A stretch of 44,716 bases of DNA. It comes from a virus. The notes under the pieces are model-generated. The model was not told the DNA's origin. It did no database searches and saw nothing but the letters and a program-made list of their open reading frames with translations. Both the position numbers and the translations under genes were made by a program. Shown here piece by piece: positions 16,488 to 22,982 of this stretch (its first letter is position 1; every line of letters starts with the position of its first letter). The stretch is from the IMG/VR virus record IMGVR_UViG_3300047329_000027, positions 1 through 44,716 of that record; one strand, written 5' to 3'.

Positions 16488-17578
16488 TATGCCCGCAACC
16501 CCATCAGCACCGCCGTAAACGACGCATCATCCGCCGCCTTCCACCGAACCGGCGACATGGCATCCGCGCCAAATTCCCCGGTCACAGTGTCCGAACCGCA
16601 CGCCGTCAGCATGTCGAGCAGATAGCTTGCGTTGAACCCGATCAGCAGATCCGGCCCGCTGTAATCGACCTCAACCTCGTCTTCGCCGTCGCCCGCATCG
16701 CCGCGCGCCGAGACGGTCGCCGTGGACCCGGCGATCTTGAGCCGGGCCGAGCGCGCCTTTCCGTCATCGATCGACGTCGTGCGCCTGACCGCATCGGCCA
16801 GCGCCTCGCGCCCGATGTTCACCACGTTGGGGTTGTCGGTCGGGATAACGCGGCGGAAATCGGGGTATGTCCCTTCGATCAGCTTCGCGACAATCCGCGT
16901 CTCCGCCGTCTTGGCCGCGACCTTGGAGGACGAAACCGACAGGGCGATGGGCTCGCCCGCCTCGGCCAGGCGCACGATTTCCGCCACCGTGGCCGTCGAA
17001 ACGATGGCCGAGACGTCGCCGGTGAAGGCCAGCTCGCGTTCCACCAGGGCGAGGCGATGCCCGTCCGTGGCGACAACGCCAAGGCCATTTTTCGACCCGT
17101 ACAGATGCACGCCGCATAGATAGGTTCGAGACGCCTCCCGGCTCTGGGCGAACGCCACGCGCCCGAACGTGCCGACGATATCCGCCGCGCTCATCGTCAC
17201 GCTCGATGCCTTTGGCATGGCGTCGAACATGGGAAAATCCGCAGTCGGCAACGTCGCGAGGTTGAATCGCGACCGCCCCGACTTGACCGATAGCCGGTCC
17301 TTAAGCTCAAGGTGGATATCGGCGCCCTCCACCGCGTTCTTAGCGATGTTGAACAGCGTATCAGCCAGCACACAGCACGCGCCGGCCTGAGACACTTCCG
17401 AGCGCGTGGTGACGGTCGCCTCAATGTCCAGATTTGTCCCCCTGAACACGACGCGGCCATCCTCGGCGCAGTCGATCAGGACATGGCTCAGAATGGCGAC
17501 GCCGTGTTTTTTGGGCACGATGGAGGATAGCCGCGACATGGCGGCCAAGAGGGTTGAGCGTTCGATGGTGAGTTTCAC
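16487..17578 (-). CDS. dnaN: DNA polymerase III beta sliding clamp homologue
   Basis: From GTG at 17578: VKLTIERSTLLAAMSRLSSIV...GTNLDIEATV...SGRSRFNLATLPTADFP is collinear with bacterial DnaN, as I recall the E. coli sequence. Confidence 0.85.
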   Translation of the reverse strand: MKLTIERSTLLAAMSRLSSIVPKKHGVAILSHVLIDCAEDGRVVFRGTNLDIEATVTTRSEVSQAGACCVLADTLFNIAKNAVEGADIHLELKDRLSVKSGRSRFNLATLPTADFPMFDAMPKASSVTMSAADIVGTFGRVAFAQSREASRTYLCGVHLYGSKNGLGVVATDGHRLALVERELAFTGDVSAIVSTATVAEIVRLAEAGEPIALSVSSSKVAAKTAETRIVAKLIEGTYPDFRRVIPTDNPNVVNIGREALADAVRRTTSIDDGKARSARLKIAGSTATVSARGDAGDGEDEVEVDYSGPDLLIGFNASYLLDMLTACGSDTVTGEFGADAMSPVRWKAADDASFTAVLMGLRA

Positions 17579-17904
17579 AGGGCGGCCTCTAGGTGTTCGA
17601 CGATGGCGTCGATTTTTTCGGTTATGGCGGCGTCTTCCAGTTTTGCGGTGATGCGACCTAGGCCGGTCACGCAACCGGAAATCACACTGCGAAGCTGATC
17701 AAGTTCAGTTTCAATACGCTCAAGTTCGGACTGCGCCAGCACAAAGGCTGCGTCGTCCACTTCCTCCAGCGCATCAAGCGCCGGATCACCCCATTTCTTC
17801 GCCCAATACGCAAACTCGTCTAGCGATGTGCAGCGGTGCAATTCGTGCCGCGCCTGGATGACGTTTCCGTGGTCTGATAGATCGTTGAGTGTTGTGGTTA
17901 TCAC
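17575..17904 (-). CDS. Hypothetical acidic helical protein
   Basis: 109-aa ORF, overlapping-coupled to both neighbours. Confidence 0.5.
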   Translation of the reverse strand: MITTTLNDLSDHGNVIQARHELHRCTSLDEFAYWAKKWGDPALDALEEVDDAAFVLAQSELERIETELDQLRSVISGCVTGLGRITAKLEDAAITEKIDAIVEHLEAAL

Positions 17905-18101
17905 TAGTCCCTCCGCAGTCTGTAATCAGTGACGACGACTAACCCGAGCGCGTCCAAAATTTTCTGGCCAGGCTCACGATGACCGCGCAAAACGTCGCTC
18001 ACATACTGAGGCGACACGCCGATTTCTCGCGCCCAATCTTGCGCCAGTCCGACTTTCTTTATGCGCGCACGCATCAGGTTTCGCACCTGTTCGCTTGTCA
18101 T
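17904..18101 (-). CDS. XRE/Cro-like helix-turn-helix regulator
   Basis: 65 aa. GLAQDWAREIGVSPQYVSDVLRG is a typical HTH_3 core. It is the first gene after the divergent control region. Confidence 0.7.
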   Translation of the reverse strand: MTSEQVRNLMRARIKKVGLAQDWAREIGVSPQYVSDVLRGHREPGQKILDALGLVVVTDYRLRRD

Positions 18102-18142
18102 AGGCTACTCCGTTACGCGAACCCTATACGGCAAATTGTTTT

Positions 18143-18169
18143 AGTCAAGTCGCAGATTTGAGATTGACT
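18143..18169. promoter_or_regulatory. Divergent early control region: two TTGACT -35-like hexamers in inverted orientation, 15 bp apart
   Basis: agtcaa at 18143-18148 (TTGACT on the minus strand, then N16 and TAGGGT) and ttgact at 18164-18169 (then N17 and AAATGT). They lie in the 133-bp gap between the XRE gene and the first rightward gene. The -10 matches are weak. Confidence 0.35.
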
Positions 18170-18234
18170 CCATCCCCCATCGGCGCAAATGTGTCCTCAC
18201 AAACCGGCGACGGGAAACGCCGAGGGAGACTGAG

Positions 18235-18474
18235 ATGATCCTCACGATTGGCAAAGGCTACTATCCGGTTCGCGATTTCGCGGACGCCTCGGATATGTAT
18301 TCCACCGCCCGCACGAAGAAGTTCACGCGCACGGGGGGATCAAAGTTCCCCGAGGGCGTCATCACAGACGACGGCAAGCCGGTTGCTCGCGTAAGTCTGA
18401 ACGGCTGCGTATGGGCTCCGGGGCCGTGGGTTCCGGGTTTGGTTCCGATATATGATCCGAGGGTTTCGGCATGA
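18235..18474 (+). CDS. Hypothetical protein
   Basis: 79-aa ORF with the RBS gagggag 6 nt upstream. It is the first gene of the rightward early operon. Confidence 0.55.
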   Translation: MILTIGKGYYPVRDFADASDMYSTARTKKFTRTGGSKFPEGVITDDGKPVARVSLNGCVWAPGPWVPGLVPIYDPRVSA

Positions 18475-18767
18475 CCATCACGCCCCACATGGAAACCGTC
18501 CTCGCCAAGATCGACGCGGCGTTCAACCAGCCGCCGGTCGATAAGACCGAAGCGCTGCACAAGGCCATCGCGTTTTGGTCGCAGGACATCCGCCGCATCC
18601 GTGCTCAGATCGAAGCGCATACCGAATGGCGCGCGACCATGAACGCCAAGAACCCCGGATCGCTGGTGTTTTTCTCCGATGATCGCCCGGCCCTGCAACG
18701 CCAGATCGACCGGCTGAGCGCCCTGATCACAGCGGCGGAAAGCAAGTTGGCGGAGGGGGTGTCGTGA
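18471..18767 (+). CDS. Hypothetical protein
   Basis: 98-aa ORF with an ATGA overlap onto the previous gene. Confidence 0.55.
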   Translation: MTITPHMETVLAKIDAAFNQPPVDKTEALHKAIAFWSQDIRRIRAQIEAHTEWRATMNAKNPGSLVFFSDDRPALQRQIDRLSALITAAESKLAEGVS

Positions 18768-18853
18768 CCGCCCTCCGCATGATCCCGTCCCTGTTCGCGC
18801 TCGCCATCTGCGGCGTCGTGCTGCTGTTCGTCAGCTTTGGAGGTGGCCTGTGA
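18764..18853 (+). CDS. Micro-ORF (29 aa) encoding a single transmembrane helix
   Basis: My translation is V-TALRMIPSLFALAICGVVLLFVSFGGGL. There are GTGA overlaps at both ends. Confidence 0.3.
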   Translation: MTALRMIPSLFALAICGVVLLFVSFGGGL

Positions 18854-19065
18854 GCCAGACGATGCGCCGTGACTTGGCCGAACACGAAGATGGGTTGCGT
18901 GACCTGTTCAACGCCAGCACCCGTCTCGTTCAGGTCATCGATATGGTCGGCGTCTTGCGTCTTTCGACGGCGGTCGAGCTGGGCCAGATCAGTTGGTATC
19001 ACAAGTGCAACGATGCGGTCGCTTGGGTGAACGCCGAGTTGGACAAATGGGAGAGGAAGACGTGA
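18850..19065 (+). CDS. Hypothetical protein
   Basis: 71-aa ORF, overlap-coupled to its neighbours. Confidence 0.5.
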   Translation: MSQTMRRDLAEHEDGLRDLFNASTRLVQVIDMVGVLRLSTAVELGQISWYHKCNDAVAWVNAELDKWERKT

Positions 19066-19172
19066 AGCGAGCCACCGACTACGTAGCCCTGTCTCGGGTG
19101 AGCGACGGTCAAATCTGGGCTGCATCAGCTTCGATGATACAGAGGAGAGCCTGTGATGGCTGCAAAAACTAA
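19062..19172 (+). CDS. Micro-ORF (36 aa), hypothetical
   Basis: The GTG start overlaps the previous stop (GTGA). The ORF fills the gap before the pentapeptide gene and overlaps its start by 17 nt. Confidence 0.25.
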   Translation: MKRATDYVALSRVSDGQIWAASASMIQRRACDGCKN

Positions 19173-19947
19173 GACCGCGCCCGTCGAAGATACGACCGAA
19201 GACTACATCATCCGCAACAGCTTTTCCGGCGAGCCCCAAGTCACCGTCAAAATTCAGTCGGTGAACGAGCCTGAGGCTTTGAAGCTGGGCCGGGCGATCA
19301 TGGAAGCTATTAAGACCGGGGCCAATCTCGCCGGGGCCGATCTCGCCGGGGCCAATCTCGCCGGGGCCAATCTCGCCAGAGCCAATCTCGACGGGGCCAA
19401 TCTCGCCGGGGCCGATCTCGCCGGGGCCAATCTCGCCGGGGCCAATCTCGCCAGGGCCAATCTCGACGGGGCCGATCTCGACGGGGCCAATCTCGACGGG
19501 GCCAATCTCAAGGGGGCCAATCTCGCCGGGGCCAATCTCCACGGGGCCAATCTCGCCAGGGCCTATCTCGCCAGGGCCAATCTCGACGGGGCCTATCTCG
19601 CCAGGGCCAATCTCGACGGGGCCAATCTCGCCAGGGCCAATCTCGACGGGGCCAATCTCGCCAGGGCCAATCTCGACGGGGCCTATCTCGCCGGGGCCAA
19701 TCTCAAGGGGGCCAAAATTGGCGAGCGTACCGTTTTCACCCTCAAGGGCCGCGCGACGCGCTCTGACGGCTACGAGTTTCTACTGTTCAAAACTGAGGAC
19801 GGCGAAGTCATCCGCGCCGGGTGTCGCACCTTCACCCTGGCCGAGTTCCGCACCCATACCGACCGATACTGCAGCGCAGGCAAGAGCGCCGAGACGCTGC
19901 GCATCCTCAATTTCCTTGAAGCCCAAATGAACGGGGAGGTGTGGTGA
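19156..19947 (+). CDS. Pentapeptide-repeat protein (about 26 A(N/D/Y)L(A/D/K/H)(G/R) repeats) with unique N- and C-terminal domains
   Basis: ATG at 19156 lies behind the RBS agaggagag. The translation is ...[30 protein letters not shown].... The central residue is L and the i-2 residue is A, as in the canonical A(D/N)LXX pentapeptide family. Confidence 0.85.
   Translation: MAAKTKTAPVEDTTEDYIIRNSFSGEPQVTVKIQSVNEPEALKLGRAIMEAIKTGANLAGADLAGANLAGANLARANLDGANLAGADLAGANLAGANLARANLDGADLDGANLDGANLKGANLAGANLHGANLARAYLARANLDGAYLARANLDGANLARANLDGANLARANLDGAYLAGANLKGAKIGERTVFTLKGRATRSDGYEFLLFKTEDGEVIRAGCRTFTLAEFRTHTDRYCSAGKSAETLRILNFLEAQMNGEVW
19321..19710 (+). repeat. Tandem array of 26 in-phase 15-bp units (consensus GCCAATCTCGCCGGG)
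   Basis: Every 60-nt sequence line from 19321 to 19680 starts in phase with gcc(a/t)atctc. There are four units per line plus two units in the next line, and a degenerate 27th unit at 19711-19725. Confidence 0.95.
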
Positions 19948-20105
19948 TGTACCGCTCAGAATACCGCCAATGGCGCGACGAGCTAGCCGGTGAGCGCCCG
20001 TCCCAGGGCTGGCGTCTCGCTGGCATGGCGATGCAATTCGCGTCCGTCGTGTCCGTGATTTGGGCCGCTTATGCGGCTGGGCGTCATTTTGGGTGGTGGG
20101 GATGA
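19947..20105 (+). CDS. Small ORF (52 aa) with a C-terminal hydrophobic helix
   Basis: My translation is [52 protein letters not shown]. Its ATG overlaps the TGA of the pentapeptide gene (TGATG). Confidence 0.4.
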   Translation: MYRSEYRQWRDELAGERPSQGWRLAGMAMQFASVVSVIWAAYAAGRHFGWWG

Positions 20106-20109
20106 ACAC

Positions 20110-20331
20110 ATGATCTTCATCATCATCTGGATAACCGCCGCTCTAATTATCACAATGGTTGATGCGGCCGTCCAAGACGAAGCAGGCCTTGGTCGCGCAT
20201 TGGTGTGGTTACTTTGGCCCTTTATGCTTCCAGCGGCCTTAGTCGTCCTGACGTTTGCAGCGGCGCAATGGGTGGGGCTCTATGCCCGGAAGATTTGGGC
20301 CGCCCTCGCAGCACAGGAGGGGCAGAGGTGA
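20110..20331 (+). CDS. Small membrane protein (two predicted TM helices)
   Basis: From the internal ATG at 20110: MIFIIIWITAALIITMV...LLWPFMLPAALVVLTFAAAQWV. Confidence 0.5.
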   Translation: MIFIIIWITAALIITMVDAAVQDEAGLGRALVWLLWPFMLPAALVVLTFAAAQWVGLYARKIWAALAAQEGQR

Positions 20332-20522
20332 GCCTTCAGAAGCTAAAGCCGTGCCCGAAGTGCGGCGGTCAGGTCAACGTCTGGACGTATGAAAGCGGCT
20401 GGCGTCGCGCTGAGTGTTACTCCTGCGACTACATCGCCAAGCCCGCTGAAAACCTTGTGCGCGCCTGCCGAAATCACAACGAGCGTGTTCGCGCAGCACA
20501 GGAGGGGAGCGAGAGATCATGA
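20328..20522 (+). CDS. Lar-like zinc-ribbon protein (restriction-alleviation family)
   Basis: From GTG at 20328 (GTGA overlap): LKPCPKCGGQ...AECYSCDY...ACRNHNER matches the Lar_restr_allev pattern (LKPCPFCGG ... C-x2-C ... WN-R) as I recall it. Confidence 0.55.
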   Translation: MSLQKLKPCPKCGGQVNVWTYESGWRRAECYSCDYIAKPAENLVRACRNHNERVRAAQEGSERS

Positions 20523-20842
20523 GCCGAGATCCGCGCATTGCAGAGGCCGCCGCAAAGGCCGCCGAGTATTACAAGAACCGCCAGCACGGCATGAGCGCGT
20601 TCTGCGCCAAAGCAGCTATTCGCGCCTATCTTGAAGCTGTAAGGCCAGAAATGGCGATGGTCCCCGTTGAGCCGACTGAGCAAATGCTTCGCGCTGGATT
20701 CGCAGCCATGAATGAGACACCGAGCAGCCAGTGGAAACGGATGAAGGCCGAAGGTGTCACGCCCCGGCGCATGTTCGACGTCAAGATGGCTCCGCGCTGG
20801 CGAGCGATGATCGACGCCGCCCTTTCAGAGCGGAGGGAGTAG
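20519..20842 (+). CDS. Hypothetical protein (PTExM...W..MIDAAL domain)
   Basis: 107-aa ORF with an ATGA overlap. Its C-terminal half resembles that of 25874..26275. Confidence 0.55.
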   Translation: MSRDPRIAEAAAKAAEYYKNRQHGMSAFCAKAAIRAYLEAVRPEMAMVPVEPTEQMLRAGFAAMNETPSSQWKRMKAEGVTPRRMFDVKMAPRWRAMIDAALSERRE

Positions 20843-21016
20843 ATGGGCCTATCCGCAGAACAAGCCGCCGCCGCAATCCGCGCCACCATCGCCCGCGTGC
20901 TCGGCATCCCGCCGTTATTCGTGAGCGAGGAAATATGCGAGCGCGAGGTTGAGCGCGAGATGCATCGAGGGCCTCGGCTCACCGTGGATGGCGTGCGTAT
21001 TCAGTCCACGGACTAG
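20843..21016 (+). CDS. Small ORF (57 aa), hypothetical
   Basis: My translation is MGLSAEQAAAAIRATIARVLGIPPLFVSEEICEREVEREMHRGPRLTVDGVRIQSTD. It starts 1 nt after the previous stop. Confidence 0.4.
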   Translation: MGLSAEQAAAAIRATIARVLGIPPLFVSEEICEREVEREMHRGPRLTVDGVRIQSTD

Positions 21017-21073
21017 ACCGACTTGTTGACGGGCGCTTGGAAAAGGGCGTTGATGATTTTGGAGGGAAATATC

Positions 21074-21754
21074 ATGGGCATAAAATATTACCGCGACCTG
21101 ATTCAGGGTTCGCCCGAATGGCTTGAGGCCAGACGCGGGCTTCTCGCCACGTCAGAGATGAAACTGATCCTGACGCCGACGCTCAAGATCGCCAGCAATG
21201 ATAAGGAGCGCGCGCACCTTTACGAACTGCTGGCCCAACGCATCAGCGGGTACGTTGAGCCGTCCTATATTGGCGACGACATGTTGCGCGGGATGGAAAG
21301 CGAAATCCTCGCGCGCCAACGCTATGCCGAACGGTACGCGCCGGTTGAGGAAATTGGGTTCATCACAAACGACAAATGGGGCTTCAAGATCGGCTACAGC
21401 CCGGATGGCTTGGTCGGGAAAACCGGCGCCATCGAGGTCAAAGGTCCGCGCCAGAAATCGCATGTTGAGACCATTCTAAACGGCGTTGTCCCGGTCGAGC
21501 ACGTCTTACAGATCCAGACCGGAATGATGGTCGCCGAATTGGAGTGGATCGACTTCATTTCTTACCATGGCGGTTTGCCCATGGTGACGATCAGGGCTTA
21601 TCCCGATCCGGTGATTCAGTCCGCCATTGTGGAAGCCGCAACGTCATTTGAGGCCAAATTGGGGGAGAAGCTGCGCGAGTGGAAAAAGATTTTGGCCGGC
21701 GAAGCGCGCCTCATTCCAACCGAACGCGTGATTGAACAGGAGATGTTCGTATGA
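21074..21754 (+). CDS. YqaJ-like (lambda Exo-type) recombination exonuclease
   Basis: ATG at 21074 behind the RBS ggaggg. The pattern GSPEWLEARRGLLATSEM...GYSPDGLV...GAIEVKGP follows the YqaJ PD-(D/E)XK pattern. Confidence 0.75.
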   Translation: MGIKYYRDLIQGSPEWLEARRGLLATSEMKLILTPTLKIASNDKERAHLYELLAQRISGYVEPSYIGDDMLRGMESEILARQRYAERYAPVEEIGFITNDKWGFKIGYSPDGLVGKTGAIEVKGPRQKSHVETILNGVVPVEHVLQIQTGMMVAELEWIDFISYHGGLPMVTIRAYPDPVIQSAIVEAATSFEAKLGEKLREWKKILAGEARLIPTERVIEQEMFV

Positions 21755-22551
21755 GCGAGCAACAATCACTGGTCGCTTTGGCCGATAACCCTGTCATAGT
21801 TTTGACGGACGCCGAGAAGTTCGACCGCTTCTATGAAGAAATGAAGCGCGAAAGCGCCAAAGCAATGAAGCCCCGCTTGCTCGATCTGTTCTGTTGCGCT
21901 GGCGGCGCGGGCGTCGGCTACGCCAGGGCCGGTTTCGAGGTCGTGGGCGTCGATATTGATCCGCAGCCCCGTTATCCGTTCACCTTCGTCCAAGCCGACG
22001 CGCTCGCCCTCGATCCCGAATGGGTGGCGTCGTTCGACGCAATCCACGCCTCGCCGCCGTGCCAATCCTATTCGGACCTAGCGAAGCGCAACAACAACGC
22101 GGACGCATGGCCTCGCCTCATTGATCCGACCCGCGATCTACTGGTCCGGTCAGGCCGCCCGTGGGTGATCGAGAATGTGGACGGCGCGCCGTTGCGCGAT
22201 CCCGTCATCCTTTGCGGAACGATGTTCCCCGGCTTGCGGGTGCTCCGCCACCGCCTGTTTGAGGCGAATTTCCCCATCATCGCACCGCCTCACGGCAAAC
22301 ACCCGAAAGTGCATACCTTCGACAGGCGAAAGTCTCACTTCGGCAAAACCGACGATATGCGCGATTTCGTCCAAGTCACGGGGGGCGGCAACTGCACGAT
22401 CGCCGCCGCGAAAGACGCGATGGGAATCGACTGGATGACCAAGAACGAGATGAACGAGTCCATCCCGCCCGCCTATACCCAACTGATCGGCGAACAGCTC
22501 TTGGCCCATATCAGCGCCGTGGATGAACCTCCGATGCGGCGCCGGGCCTGA
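21751..22551 (+). CDS. DNA (cytosine-5) methyltransferase, short type (MTase 3 of 4)
   Basis: Motif I LLDLFCCAGGAGVGY, motif IV HASPPCQSYS, motif VI WVIENV, and a C-terminal NESIPPAYTQLIG (motif X-like). Confidence 0.8.
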   Translation: MSEQQSLVALADNPVIVLTDAEKFDRFYEEMKRESAKAMKPRLLDLFCCAGGAGVGYARAGFEVVGVDIDPQPRYPFTFVQADALALDPEWVASFDAIHASPPCQSYSDLAKRNNNADAWPRLIDPTRDLLVRSGRPWVIENVDGAPLRDPVILCGTMFPGLRVLRHRLFEANFPIIAPPHGKHPKVHTFDRRKSHFGKTDDMRDFVQVTGGGNCTIAAAKDAMGIDWMTKNEMNESIPPAYTQLIGEQLLAHISAVDEPPMRRRA

Positions 22552-22552
22552 C

Positions 22553-22978
22553 GTGAGCGCCAAGGACCTCATTCGCCAGTTTTTCCTGGCGAACCTCGGA
22601 ACAGTCGTCAATTCGGGCCAGATTCGCGATGCGTCGGGCGGCATCACCGAATGGGCTAGACGCGTCAGAGAGCTTCGCGACGAAGAGGGATGGCCCATCC
22701 TCTCGCACAACGACTCCGCCGCATTGAAGCCCGGCGAATATCTCCTCAAGGAAACGCCGCCGCCGAAAAAGGACGTGTCGTTCTCGCGCGCCATATCGAC
22801 GAAACTGAGAGCCGAAGTCCTCGACCGTAACGGCTTCACCTGCCAAATGTGCGGCCTCACACCGGGGGATATTGACCCCTCGACCAACCGCAAGGTTCGC
22901 CTTCACCTGGGCCACATCACCGGGTCGATAGCCTCCTGCACGGCGCCGTGGGCCGCCGGATCACCTATGCGGAGCTGA
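22553..22978 (+). CDS. Winged-helix plus HNH endonuclease-like protein, truncated inside the HNH motif (probably inactive)
   Basis: From GTG at 22553. The N-terminus ITEWARRVRELRDEEGWPILSH is typical of HNH restriction-type enzymes next to Dcm genes. The C-terminus RNGFTCQMCG...VRLHLGHI breaks off where D-H-I-x-P...GG...N...C-x2-C is expected, and ends in unrelated sequence. Confidence 0.55.
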   Translation: MSAKDLIRQFFLANLGTVVNSGQIRDASGGITEWARRVRELRDEEGWPILSHNDSAALKPGEYLLKETPPPKKDVSFSRAISTKLRAEVLDRNGFTCQMCGLTPGDIDPSTNRKVRLHLGHITGSIASCTAPWAAGSPMRS

Positions 22979-22982
22979 CGGC

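Noticed and set aside
18727-19550. Minus-strand ORFs encoding [10 protein letters not shown]... and [10 protein letters not shown]... repeats, opposite the pentapeptide gene.
   Set aside because: They are reverse-complement shadows of the 15-bp tandem array. They have no start context, and they run against the direction of the surrounding operon.
19321-19710. Whether the regular short repeat array could be a CRISPR array.
   Set aside because: The units are contiguous 15-mers with no unique spacers and lie in frame inside one ORF. There are no cas genes in the window.
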